Source: Bacteroidota bacterium
GTDB taxonomy: Bacteria > Bacteroidota > Ignavibacteria > OLB7
Direction of reading: 5' to 3'
DNA length: 64,000 bases
Assembly (NCBI GenBank): GCA_048498995.1
Contig: JBEHWX010000014.1
Coordinates: 8,921-72,920 of the forward strand
Below are positions 51,409 through 63,086 of this stretch, piece by piece. Numbering within the stretch: the stretch's first letter is position 1; each line of letters opens with the position of its first letter. A program made the translations under genes and the position numbers. Below the pieces are notes generated by a model, which saw nothing but the letters and a program-made list of their open reading frames with translations, had not been told where the DNA came from and ran no database searches.

Positions 51409-52143
51409 ATGCGCACGATGACCACACGGGACCTCCTGTGGGTCTGGGAGCGCGGTTGCCGGCAGCATCCGGTCGACAGGGCACTGACGATTCTCATGGC
51501 CGGATATCCGGAATCGACATGGGAGGAGCTGGTGTCGCTGAGCATTGGGCAGCGGGATTCACGCCTGCTGAGCGTCAGGGAACGTACCTTCGGCACCCAT
51601 CTGGAAAGCCACTGCGAATGCCGTCACTGTCAGGAGCGTCTCGAATTCTCCGTCGACTCCACGGCATTGCGCGACGTCGGCGCGCCGATGAGGAGCCTGC
51701 CCGAATACTCGTTCGTTCACGACGAGATCGAGGTGTGTTTCCGGCTGCCCAATAGCTGGGACCTTGCCGCCATCGCAACCCTGAGTGATCCGCTCGAGGC
51801 CAGGTCGCTCCTCGTGGAGCGCTGCGTGCTACAGGTCACCCGGCAGGGAGCCGTGCTCCCCGCCGGGGACTTGTCCGAGGAGGTCGTTCAGGAGTTGGGA
51901 TCGCAACTCGCCGAACAGGATCCGCAGTCGGAGGTCGTACTCGATCTGGCCTGCCCCACGTGCGGCCGGAACAATTCGGTTCTCTTCGACATCGCCACGT
52001 ATCTCTGGCTCGAAATCGATGCCTGCGCGAAGCGCCTTCTCCGCGAAGTCCACACGCTTGCCCGTGCCTACGCCTGGCGTGAATCCGACATCCTGGAGCT
52101 GACGCCGGTCCGCAGGCAATTCTATCTGGCAATGGTGCATTGA
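51409..52143 (+). CDS. Hypothetical eCIS-associated protein with putative Zn-ribbon (CxxC...CxxC)
   Basis: The 244-aa product contains HCECRHCQ and CPTCGRNNS. It sits 12 nt after the tube gene, and its stop overlaps the next start (TGATG). Confidence 0.4.
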   Translation: MRTMTTRDLLWVWERGCRQHPVDRALTILMAGYPESTWEELVSLSIGQRDSRLLSVRERTFGTHLESHCECRHCQERLEFSVDSTALRDVGAPMRSLPEYSFVHDEIEVCFRLPNSWDLAAIATLSDPLEARSLLVERCVLQVTRQGAVLPAGDLSEEVVQELGSQLAEQDPQSEVVLDLACPTCGRNNSVLFDIATYLWLEIDACAKRLLREVHTLARAYAWRESDILELTPVRRQFYLAMVH

Positions 52144-53681
52144 TGGCTGATTTCTTCTCCCGGCTCGCCGAACGGACGCTCAGCGTCGCCCCGGTGGCCG
52201 AGCCCACGGTCGGATCCCTCTTCTCGTCGACGAATCTCTTTTCCGAAGGCTCGGCCGGCCTGGCCCAGGCTCCGGAGCAGGGATTCATCGACGAGCCCGC
52301 GGGGGCTCTCGATGAACCGATCGAACGGGATGATCCTCCGGCGGCCGATCCGCGGCCGCGCCAACCCGCCACGTCTCGTCCGGCCGATGCCGCGATCGGA
52401 GACCGGCGTGGAGCGGCGCCGGATATACAGCCGGATATGCCGGCTCACCGGCCCGCCGCTCCCTCGGTGAGTGCCGGCGACCCGGATGCATCCGCGAGCT
52501 CGATCGCCAGGGGGAATATCGATGCCGCGAACGATCGCGACCGCGCCTCGGACGCGAATGACGGCGGATACGCGACGCTTCTTCCGGAGCGTCCGCTCGC
52601 CGGCATCGACGTCGCGGGCGTGGAGGCTCCCTTCACCGCCGGCCCGCCGGCCGGGGAGGTGGAGGAGCATGAGAACGACGAAAGGACGACGACCACGAAT
52701 GAATCGAATCACGATGACGATGTAACGACGCGGCATTCCGCGCTGGGTGCGGCAGAGGACGCGACACACCGGCGGCCGGCTACGCCGGAAGCACCTGGGA
52801 GCGACGTCGAACGGACGCTGCTCCCGAGAAAGCCCACCACAGCGAGGACGCCCTGGTGGTCCTCCCCGAACGATGCGGCACCACCGGATTCCGGTGAGCC
52901 GCGCGGATCGGCGCACGCCGATCCGGATGCGTCGGGGGGGATCGCCAGTAGGCGTGACCAGCCGGATGACGATCCGCGTCGCGATGTCGCTCACGATGTC
53001 GCGCGCGACGCGGGACGTGGCGATGCGCCGTCGCTCCTTCCGGCTACCCCCGCCGGCGATCGTGCCGGGATCGGAAGCTCCCACGACGATGCCCCGCGGG
53101 GACGCTCCGAGGAGCGGAGCTCCGCGGCCGACGAGGGAAGCGTGGGGAATGGGAGATCCGCCCGTGGCGGAGACGCTTCCCGCGCCATCCGCGTGGAGCC
53201 ATCGTCCGAGCGGATGATGCGGTATGAAGGCGAGGAGCCCGGCGGCAGGGGCGCGACATCCGATCGTGGGGAGAGCTCGGGTACGCGATCGGCGAGGGGG
53301 AGCCAGCCGGCGCGCGGCGCGCGCATTCATCAGGTCGAGGCACGCGCCGATCGCGGTACGACGGAATCGGACGGGGGATCTCCCGCGAGGAGATCATCGG
53401 AAGCGGCACGCCAGCTGGTTCCGACACCACCGGGACAGCTTACGCCGATCCGCTCCACGGAGCGGGCCGAGGGGGAGCGATCCCGTAGAGATCATCACGC
53501 TCAGGCACAGCCGCAACCGCAGGCGCCGTCGCCGATCAAGGTGTCGATCGGCCGCATCGAGGTCAAAGCGGTGATGCAGACACCACCGGCGCAGCAGACG
53601 CGCCAGGCTCCCCAGCAGGGGTCGAGCCCGATCCTCACATTGGACAACTACTTGCAACAGCGGAATGGGAGAAGTCGATGA
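52143..53681 (+). CDS. Intrinsically disordered Asp/Arg/Ser/Ala/Pro-rich protein (candidate tape-measure analogue or cargo), hypothetical
   Basis: The 513-aa product is low-complexity throughout. A short structured-looking C-terminus reads KVSIGRIEVKAVMQTPP...LTLDNYLQQRNG. It is translationally coupled to both neighbours. Confidence 0.4.
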   Translation: MADFFSRLAERTLSVAPVAEPTVGSLFSSTNLFSEGSAGLAQAPEQGFIDEPAGALDEPIERDDPPAADPRPRQPATSRPADAAIGDRRGAAPDIQPDMPAHRPAAPSVSAGDPDASASSIARGNIDAANDRDRASDANDGGYATLLPERPLAGIDVAGVEAPFTAGPPAGEVEEHENDERTTTTNESNHDDDVTTRHSALGAAEDATHRRPATPEAPGSDVERTLLPRKPTTARTPWWSSPNDAAPPDSGEPRGSAHADPDASGGIASRRDQPDDDPRRDVAHDVARDAGRGDAPSLLPATPAGDRAGIGSSHDDAPRGRSEERSSAADEGSVGNGRSARGGDASRAIRVEPSSERMMRYEGEEPGGRGATSDRGESSGTRSARGSQPARGARIHQVEARADRGTTESDGGSPARRSSEAARQLVPTPPGQLTPIRSTERAEGERSRRDHHAQAQPQPQAPSPIKVSIGRIEVKAVMQTPPAQQTRQAPQQGSSPILTLDNYLQQRNGRSR

Positions 53682-54934
53682 GTAATTACCTGGCAATTGC
53701 TACCGTCACGGCATGCCTGAAACAATTGCTGCAACCCGCGGCCACGTCATTCAACGGATCGCCGGTCACGGTGCTCCGGCCGGATCTGATCGCCGGCAGC
53801 GGCAATTCGGCCGGTGTCAACGTCTACATGTACCAGGTGATGCCCAATACCGCCTGGCGCAATGAAGACCTTCCGGCGCGCCGCTCCGACGGTCAATTGA
53901 TCACGCGTCCGCGCGTGGCGCTCGATCTGTACTATATCATCAGCTGCTATGGTCCGGACAACGAGTTCGCGCCGCAGCGCATGCTCGGCAATGTCGTCAA
54001 GATCATGCACGAGACGCCGGTGCTCACCCGCGATTTCGTGCAGGATACAGTCAGCAGCACCAGCTATGTAAGCGGCTCCGATCTGATGAACGAGATCGAG
54101 CTGGTCAAATTCACGCCGACGGCGATGTCGACCGAGGAGATATCGAAGCTCTGGGCGGCGTTTCAGACCACGTACCTCGTTTCGGTGGTCTATCACGGCA
54201 CCGTGGTGCTGATCGACAGCAGCATGGACCCCACGCCGGCGCTCCCGGTTCGCAGCAGAAACCTCTACGTCGTTCCGTTCAATCAGCCGATCATCGAGCG
54301 TGTCCTCTCCGCCGATGGCCTCGGCGTGCCGATCGACGCATCGAGCACCGTGCTCATCAAGGGGAAGGGGCTTCGGGGGGATCCCACCGCGTCCACCAAG
54401 GTCCGTGTCGCCGGCACCGAGGTGGTGCCCGATCAGCTCAACGATCAGCAGATCACGGTGGACTTCACTTCGGTGCTGTTGGCCGGCTACCTGCGCGCCG
54501 GCGTGCAGGGCATTCAGGTGGTGCAGCCCCGCCTGATCGGAACCCCGGCGGTCGACCACACCGGCGTCGAGTCGAACGTGGTGCCGTTCGTGCTTCATCC
54601 GAAGATCACCGCCCTTAGCGCCACCAATTACTCCGGAACGGCGATGTCGCGCACCTGCGATATCACCCTCACGATCTCCCCCGTCGTCGGAAAGACCCAG
54701 CGCGTGATTCTCTTCCTGAACGAGATGACCGATACCGATCCGAAGTTCTACAGCTTCGTGGTACCGGACCGCGGCTCCGATTCCAGCACGATCACCGTCC
54801 ACGTCACCGGCGTGAAGGGAGCCTGGTATATAGTCCGCGTTCAGGTCGACGGCGCGCAGAGCCTCCTCGAGGAGGACACCGATCCGTTGAATACCACGCA
54901 CACGATGCCGAAGCTCGAGATTCTCGCGAGCTGA
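53678..54934 (+). CDS. Tail terminator/cap protein (Afp16/Pvc16-like, DUF4255) - tentative
   Basis: The N-terminus MSNYLAIATVTACLKQLLQP resembles eCIS cap proteins. The product is 418 aa with an Ig-like C-terminal region, and the gene has an ATGA overlap. Confidence 0.45.
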   Translation: MSNYLAIATVTACLKQLLQPAATSFNGSPVTVLRPDLIAGSGNSAGVNVYMYQVMPNTAWRNEDLPARRSDGQLITRPRVALDLYYIISCYGPDNEFAPQRMLGNVVKIMHETPVLTRDFVQDTVSSTSYVSGSDLMNEIELVKFTPTAMSTEEISKLWAAFQTTYLVSVVYHGTVVLIDSSMDPTPALPVRSRNLYVVPFNQPIIERVLSADGLGVPIDASSTVLIKGKGLRGDPTASTKVRVAGTEVVPDQLNDQQITVDFTSVLLAGYLRAGVQGIQVVQPRLIGTPAVDHTGVESNVVPFVLHPKITALSATNYSGTAMSRTCDITLTISPVVGKTQRVILFLNEMTDTDPKFYSFVVPDRGSDSSTITVHVTGVKGAWYIVRVQVDGAQSLLEEDTDPLNTTHTMPKLEILAS

Positions 54935-55230
54935 TCCGCCGATCGCCTCCCGTCCCGCACCTCCATCGGGTCCCATCAGGACTTGACGGGGAGCGGGGGG
55001 AGGACAGGGATCGTGGCTGTCGAATCCGATGCCAGTCGATCATGAAATGGACCCGGCGGACCGGAGACGATGTCGGCGAGCGCGCCACGCGGCCGCGTTC
55101 CTCGATCGCTCCGGTCCGTCCGCTCCGTCGATGATCGTCGGCATGGGCGGCGGGTCGGCATGGAAACGAGCAACCTTCACGTCGCGCGCGCGGGCGGCGC
55201 CATCATCATCTCTTCACTCATCATCCTGGC

Positions 55231-57200
<1,970 letters not shown>

Positions 57201-57210
<10 letters not shown>

Positions 57211-57569
57211 ACGGACTGGCGGGCGATCGCGCCGAAAGCCGCGGCGCGGTCGACACGCCCGCTCCGGATGCTCAGGTCCATCCGTCGAATCCGGCGCCGG
57301 CCGCCGCCTCCGATGCGTCGCGGCCGATCGAGCTCCACATCGACGAGCTGGTGCTGGAGGGATTCTCCGGCGTCGATCGCGATCTGGTGGGAGACGCGCT
57401 ACGTCGTGAGCTCACCAGGCTCCTCTCCTCCGGCTACGCGCCGGACTCCCTGAAGGAGGCGGGGGAGATGGCGCGGATCAACGGCGGCAGCTTCATCGTC
57501 CGCAAGGGAATGCATCCCGAAGAGATAGGGAAACAGATCGCGAGGTCGATTTTCTGGGGAATGAGATGA
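57201..57569 (+). CDS. Hypothetical small protein downstream of the ATPase
   Basis: The 122-aa ORF overlaps the ATPase stop by 10 nt and has no motifs. Confidence 0.35.
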
Positions 57570-58747
57570 GAGAATGTTTCTCTGCGGAGGGGCCGGAGAA
57601 GAGGGGACGCAACATTTTCGAGATCGATGATGGGAGCATCGCGAGCAATATGTCTCTCGACGACGAACGGGATTGTGTTGGCCGTACGAAGTAGATCCCA
57701 GCGGGCTAACGAAAGCAACCATCAGCGACGATACCGCCTGAATGTGTGAGAAGCAGGAAGCGGGCGCTGGCGCGGCTGAGGACGCGGTTTGCGGGAATCT
57801 ACGGGAAGCCCCGAACAGCTCCCACGCGAGCATGGGCCTTGCGAAACGGAACCGGAATATTCCCATGCCATCGACCTCGGAATTGCCGAAGCATGCGGTC
57901 CATGCCACAACAGCGACAATGTGGTGATCCTCGCATGGTCGAGCGAGCGCCGCAAGGTTGGCCTGATGGACCGTTCTTCCACGGAGCTCCCGCGGTGACG
58001 GCAGCATGAGAACAGGTCCGGCTTCACCCTGATTTCGAGTCACCGCCGCGTCCATCGATGTAACCATCGGCAGCGCCGGTACCGTCCGGAGCGCTGGGAA
58101 ATTTCTGTCGGCGTGGTCCCGACGCGCGTGGACTATTCCGTGAATCTGGGATATGGAGAGGCTCATCGGCGATGTCCGGGCCGCCGAATATTCCGACCCA
58201 TCGTCGGTGGCCGAGGAGAATCTGGAGCAGGCCGACGTTGAGCTTGACATGGAGTGCCGCGATGCGTATACTTGTCGACGACACATCCACGACGCCGCGG
58301 AATCACTCGAAATGATCGATCGCAACGCAGAATGCGCGCACGCGCCGCTGTTGTCCGGAGTGGACCGAGGGCCACGACCGACACCCGACAGTGCCTGCGA
58401 ACGGCGCCCGGAGCTCATCGAGCTCGATCGTCCACACCAGGGCGCATGTGTCAGACCACAACGCACGAATTCACTCGATGATGTCGCATTGACGGCTCAG
58501 CGACGACGCGCCGCCGCCAACCTCCGGAGCTTCGTCACGCAACGGGCCTTCGCGAGGAACGCGAGGTAGGGATCGCGAGCCCGCCTCGATCGCAACGAAG
58601 CGCGCGCCGGAGAACGCCGGAGATGCCGGCGCCGATGCGGCCGATCATCCCTCTTGCCGGTTCACGCACCGGTCACGGCACGGAGCGCGCGTGCCGGCAC
58701 CAGAACGAGTTTCGCTCAGAACTACCACACGTGGGAGTCTTCACACC

Positions 58748-59395
58748 ATGTCCAGTTTTCCAGGTTCACCACAACTGATGAAGGGGGCTCTCGTCGGCAT
58801 CGATGCAACGAGCCAGAAGGCGAGCACCATCAAGTTTCAATACAACCCGATGGAGCTCACCCGATCGCTCCAGGCACAGACGGCGACCGAAGGGGGAAGT
58901 CGCGCCGAGATCCTTCGACTGAAGGGGGCTCCGGTCGAGACGATCAGCCTCAAAATCGATATCGACGCCACCGATCAGCTCGAGGAGGCGGGGGGAACCG
59001 CGACCACGCTCGGCATCCATCCGCAGCTGGCCGCGCTCGAGCTGCTGGTCTATCCCAGCACGACGCGAGTGATCACCAACCAGAAGCTTCTGGCCGTCGG
59101 CACGATCGAAGTGATTCCGTACGCGGCGCCGTTCACCCTCTTCATCTGGGGAAAGAGCCGCGTGCTGCCGGTCCGCCTGTCCGACTTCAGCATCACCGAG
59201 CAGTATTTCGATTCCAACCTCAACCCGATCCGCGCCGAGGTCTCGCTCAATCTGCGGGTGCTCTCCTACAACGATCTTCCGTTCTCGCATCCCGGGAACG
59301 CGCTGTTCATCGCGCATCAGGTCGCAAAGGAAGCCTTCGCCGCCAGCGCGGGCTCCGGAACGGTCTCCACGCCGGCATCACTCTTATTCAAGTAA
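58748..59395 (+). CDS. Tube-like / tube-initiator-like baseplate protein (Afp5/Afp7-like) - tentative
   Basis: The 215-aa product begins MSSFPGSPQLMKGALVGIDATSQKASTIKFQYNPMELTRSL. Its position immediately before the LysM/tail-X, hub and spike genes is consistent with a baseplate protein. Confidence 0.4.
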   Translation: MSSFPGSPQLMKGALVGIDATSQKASTIKFQYNPMELTRSLQAQTATEGGSRAEILRLKGAPVETISLKIDIDATDQLEEAGGTATTLGIHPQLAALELLVYPSTTRVITNQKLLAVGTIEVIPYAAPFTLFIWGKSRVLPVRLSDFSITEQYFDSNLNPIRAEVSLNLRVLSYNDLPFSHPGNALFIAHQVAKEAFAASAGSGTVSTPASLLFK

Positions 59396-59412
59396 GCAGG
59401 GAGGCATTGTTC

Positions 59413-59721
59413 ATGTTCGATTCAACCAGTCGCTACGCTTCGATCGAAATCGCCTCGCGCAACGTGACCGGGAGTGATGGCGTCTTCCGCGAAGTCCGCT
59501 ACGTCCGCCGACGTTTCATTCCGTCGGCCAAGAATTATTCGGTCCTCCAGGAGCACAACGTGATCCTCGGCGATCGTCTCGACAACGTGACTGCCGATTA
59601 TTTCGGCGACCCGACCCAGTTCTGGATGATCTGCGACGGCAACGAGGCGATGAATCCGTTCGATCTCGTCTCCCGTCCCGGAACGACGCTCGAGATCCCG
59701 GTTCCTCAATTCCAGGTTTGA
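59413..59721 (+). CDS. LysM-like / phage tail protein X domain protein
   Basis: An AGGGAGG RBS precedes VLQEHNVILGDRLDNVTADYFGDPTQFWMICDGNEAMNPFDL, which matches the tail-X/LysM consensus (GD.L..IA..YYGD...W.I..AN...NP..L). Confidence 0.5.
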   Translation: MFDSTSRYASIEIASRNVTGSDGVFREVRYVRRRFIPSAKNYSVLQEHNVILGDRLDNVTADYFGDPTQFWMICDGNEAMNPFDLVSRPGTTLEIPVPQFQV

Positions 59722-59723
59722 CA

Positions 59724-60881
59724 ATGAACTTAACAGGTATACAACTGACGCTCATGGTCGGGCCCACGATCGCGGTGCCGGCGCCGGCCGTGCTCTCCGA
59801 GTCGATCGAGAGCGTGGAGGTGACGCATGCCGACGGCCGCGAGCGATCGGGATTTCAGATTACGTTCCAGGTCGGCCGGAACGGCCCGGCCGATGTGATC
59901 GATTTCGTGCTGATGTCGAACGCGATGCTGAAAGTATTCAACCGCGTCGTGCTCGTGGTCACCTTCGGCGCCAAGCCGCAGGTGCTCTTCGACGGGATCA
60001 TCACCAATCAGCAGCTCACCCCAGGCTCGGCGCCGGGCGAGTCGAAGCTGACGATCACCGGCGAGGACGTCAGCATCATGATGGATCGCAAGGAGATGAA
60101 CGAGGAGCATCCGGCCCAGCCCGAGGCGATCATCGCCTTGAAGCTGATCGCCAAGTACGCGCAGTACGGGATGATCCCGAAGGTGATTCCGCCGGTGAGC
60201 TTCGACGTGCCGATTCCGATCGAGCGGATCCCGGTGCAGCGCGCCACCGATCTGCAGTATATCAAGCAGATGGCCGAGCGGTTCAATTACACGTTCTACG
60301 TCACGCCGGGGCCGGTGCCGCTGACCAACACCGCCTATTGGGGGCCACGCATCAGGGTGGGGGTGCCGCAGCCGGCGCTCTCGGTCAACCTCGGATCGGA
60401 GACGAACGTGGAGTCGATCAACTTCGCGTACGATGGCCTGAAGCCACGCATCATCAAGGGAAAATTCCAGGATCGACAGACCAACAAGAAGCTGCCGGTG
60501 CTCGGCCTGATCAGCACGATCATCCCGATCGTGCCCTTCCCCGCGCTGCTGGTCAATTATCCGAACGCTGAGATGAAGCTCCCCGATCCCTCCGAGGATC
60601 TCGGCGGCAAGAACACGCTGCAGGCCACCGCGCGCGCCATCGCGAAGGTGAACGAATCGGCCGAGGAAGTGGTCTCCGCCAGCGGCGTGCTCGATGCCGC
60701 CCGCTACGGGAATATCCTTCATCCGCGCGGGCTGGTCGGTCTGCGTGGCGCCGGCTTCAACAACGATGGTCTGTACTATGTCAAGAGCGTCACGCACTCG
60801 ATCAAGCGTGGCGAGTACAAACAGCGATTCACCCTGACGCGTGAAGGGTACGGGTCGATTACACCAGTGGTGAGGCCATGA
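59724..60881 (+). CDS. Baseplate hub protein (phage late control gene D / gp27-like)
   Basis: About 385 aa, the same size as P2 gpD. It sits directly upstream of and translationally coupled to the gpV spike. A TTG at 59718 is an alternative start. Confidence 0.5.
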   Translation: MNLTGIQLTLMVGPTIAVPAPAVLSESIESVEVTHADGRERSGFQITFQVGRNGPADVIDFVLMSNAMLKVFNRVVLVVTFGAKPQVLFDGIITNQQLTPGSAPGESKLTITGEDVSIMMDRKEMNEEHPAQPEAIIALKLIAKYAQYGMIPKVIPPVSFDVPIPIERIPVQRATDLQYIKQMAERFNYTFYVTPGPVPLTNTAYWGPRIRVGVPQPALSVNLGSETNVESINFAYDGLKPRIIKGKFQDRQTNKKLPVLGLISTIIPIVPFPALLVNYPNAEMKLPDPSEDLGGKNTLQATARAIAKVNESAEEVVSASGVLDAARYGNILHPRGLVGLRGAGFNNDGLYYVKSVTHSIKRGEYKQRFTLTREGYGSITPVVRP

Positions 60882-61435
60882 GCACAGCAACCAGTTCATC
60901 AAACGGCGCCGCCTCGCAGTTCGGCGGCTCGGCCATGGGGCCCAGATATTTCGGCAAGTATCGCGGCACGGTCGCCAGCAACCTCGATCCGTTGCAGCTC
61001 GGGCGCATCCAGGTTTCCGTTCCCGCCGTTCTCGGCGACGGACGGCTGAGCTGGGCGCTCCCCTGCATGCCCTACTCCGGCAAGAACGAGGGCTTCTTCG
61101 CGCTTCCGCCGGTCGGCACGAATATCTGGGTCGAGTTCGAGGGGGGCGATCCCGACAGCCCGATCTGGGCCGGCTGCTTCTGGGATGTCGGAGAGGTTCC
61201 CGCTTCTCCCGCGATCCAGCAGATGAAGGTGATCCGCACCGAATCCATCACGATGACCATCAGCGATGTTCCGGGTGCCGGCGGATTCACCCTCGAAGTC
61301 GGGCCTCCGGCCGTTGCCACGCCGCTGAAGATGACCTTCGATTCCTCCGGCATCGAGTTGAAGAACGGCGCGGCGAGCGTGAAGCTCACCCCCGCGAGCG
61401 TGTCGGTCAACAACGGCGCGCTGGAGGTGATCTGA
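60878..61435 (+). CDS. Baseplate spike protein (gpV / gp5 / VgrG-N OB-fold family)
   Basis: The sequence YRGTVASNLDPLQLGRIQVSVPAVLGDGRLSWALPCMPYSGKNEGFFALPPVGTNIWVEFEGGDPDSPIWAGCFW is the classic Phage_base_V signature. Confidence 0.8.
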   Translation: MSTATSSSNGAASQFGGSAMGPRYFGKYRGTVASNLDPLQLGRIQVSVPAVLGDGRLSWALPCMPYSGKNEGFFALPPVGTNIWVEFEGGDPDSPIWAGCFWDVGEVPASPAIQQMKVIRTESITMTISDVPGAGGFTLEVGPPAVATPLKMTFDSSGIELKNGAASVKLTPASVSVNNGALEVI

Positions 61436-61767
61436 TGCCGGGCATGCTCGTTCACGTCGGCGCCACGATCCTCTGTCCGCATGCCGGACAGGCCTCGGTG
61501 GTCTCCTCCAATACACGGGTCATGGTCAGCAATCAGTTCGTCGCCCTCGTCGACGACAATTATCCGATCGCCGGCTGTCCGTTCGTGCTCGGCAACACGC
61601 CACATCCGTGCGTGAAGATTCAATGGCTCGTGCCGGCAACACGGGTCTTCGTCAACAAGAAGCCGGTGATCCTCCAGTCGAGCTCCGGGCTTTGCCTGGC
61701 CGCCGATCAGGCGCCGCAGGGGCCGCCGAACATCGTGATGACGCAGCTTCGCGTGAAGGGGATGTGA
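61435..61767 (+). CDS. PAAR-like spike tip protein (DUF4280 type)
   Basis: The 110-aa product reads GATILCPHAGQASVV...CPFVLGNTPHPCVKIQW. It follows gpV with a 1-nt overlap. Confidence 0.65.
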   Translation: MPGMLVHVGATILCPHAGQASVVSSNTRVMVSNQFVALVDDNYPIAGCPFVLGNTPHPCVKIQWLVPATRVFVNKKPVILQSSSGLCLAADQAPQGPPNIVMTQLRVKGM

Positions 61768-61814
61768 GCCCACGCCGCGCGGTTCAACACCACAGCAAAC
61801 GTCGAGACGAGACA

Positions 61815-63086
61815 ATGCAGAGATTTCAGATCCGCCATCGGGTGGAGCACCTGCTCCGTCCGCACATGACGATTCTCGGGCACCGGTTCCCGGCGTTTCA
61901 CCTCTGCGGGTACGCCGGGCTTCTTCTGATGGCCGCCACCATGCTGGCCCTGACAGATCTGCGTGGGCTTTCGCTCGCGATCACGGCCGGGCTTCTGCCT
62001 CTCGCGGCCGTGATCTTTCTCGGCTCGGCGATGCTTTCCAAGATTCTGACCGGCGTGGAGCAGATCGTCTACTATCGCATCCAGATCGCCATCGTTGCCG
62101 TCGCGGCGCTTCTGCTCCGGTTGATCGGCGCTCCGGTGGGAGCCTATCTGGATCTGTTGATACTGGGGATCGGCGCCTTCACCGCCGCCGGAAGGATCGG
62201 ATGCCTGATGGTGGGATGCTGCCACGGCACGCCGAGCCGGAACGGCATCTGCTATCACGACCGTCATGCACGCGAGGGATTTCCGCGCGCGCTGGTCGCG
62301 GTGCCGCTGATTCCGGTGCAGCTCGTGGAATCTCTCTGGGTGGCGCTCGTCGTTGCCGTGGGAATCGCCATGCTGCTCGCCGGCAGCGGAGCCACGGGCT
62401 CCGTGGTCGCATGGTATACGATCGCGTATGGGGTCGGGAGGTATTTCCTCGAATTCCGTCGGGGCGATCCGGAGCGTCCGTATCTCCTCGGCATCTCCGA
62501 GGCGCAGTGGACATCGCTGGCGACGATCGGAGTCGTCATCGCGGCGGAACAGATGGGGCTTCTCGCGCCGATCGCGTGGCATGCGCTGCTGTTCGGTCTG
62601 CTTCTGCTCCTCACGGCCGGCGTCATTGTCGGCAGGGCCACGTCGGACGCCGATTTCCGGTTCCGTCAGCCGAGGCACATCATCGAGCTCGCCCGCGCCA
62701 TCCGCGCGATCGATGCCGAGGCGCTGCTCGTCGAGGCGGGAGGGGAGCGGAGGAGCGGCGGAATTCCGGCGCGAACCACGTCCGAGGGAATGACGATCTC
62801 CACCAGCATCACCAGCGATCCCTGGCGACGAACCTATCACTATGCGTTCTCGAGCATCGGTGGGGCGATTGCTCCGCGTGACGCACAAGAGCTTGCGCGG
62901 CTGATACAGCTTCTTTCCGGCCATCCGGGATATGTGGAAGTGATCGAGGGGAGAGGAGGGATTCATCATCTCCTGATCCAGTCGGCGCGCGCCACACCCG
63001 AGCGTGAGGTCGAGGAGGGATTTTCCGTGATATCCGCAGAGCAGGGAGTATCACGGATGTCGGGAATGTCGGTCGCGCGCCGATAA
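61815..63086 (+). CDS. Polytopic membrane protein with Lgt (prolipoprotein diacylglyceryl transferase)-like signature plus ~140-aa soluble C-terminal domain
   Basis: It has ≥6 predicted TM helices. The sequence GRIGCLMVGCCHG resembles Lgt G-R-I-G-N-F-I-N-G-E. The sequence YGVGRYFLEFRRGDPERP matches the Lgt Y..G..RF..EF.R.PD signature. It is embedded between the PAAR and gp25 genes. Confidence 0.45.
   Translation: MQRFQIRHRVEHLLRPHMTILGHRFPAFHLCGYAGLLLMAATMLALTDLRGLSLAITAGLLPLAAVIFLGSAMLSKILTGVEQIVYYRIQIAIVAVAALLLRLIGAPVGAYLDLLILGIGAFTAAGRIGCLMVGCCHGTPSRNGICYHDRHAREGFPRALVAVPLIPVQLVESLWVALVVAVGIAMLLAGSGATGSVVAWYTIAYGVGRYFLEFRRGDPERPYLLGISEAQWTSLATIGVVIAAEQMGLLAPIAWHALLFGLLLLLTAGVIVGRATSDADFRFRQPRHIIELARAIRAIDAEALLVEAGGERRSGGIPARTTSEGMTISTSITSDPWRRTYHYAFSSIGGAIAPRDAQELARLIQLLSGHPGYVEVIEGRGGIHHLLIQSARATPEREVEEGFSVISAEQGVSRMSGMSVARR

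Noticed and set aside
52143-53681. Treating the 513-aa low-complexity ORF as non-coding because of its composition
   Set aside because: It is kept as a feature. It is translationally coupled (TGATG/ATGA) to the flanking eCIS genes on the same strand and occupies a slot that always contains a gene in eCIS loci. Its function remains open.
57399-58466. 355-aa minus-strand ORF inside the 1.2-kb gap
   Set aside because: It is Ser/Cys/Arg/Ala-rich low complexity, has no RBS, and runs antisense into the 3' end of gene 57201-57569. It is more likely non-coding DNA. The gap itself is reported as a finding.
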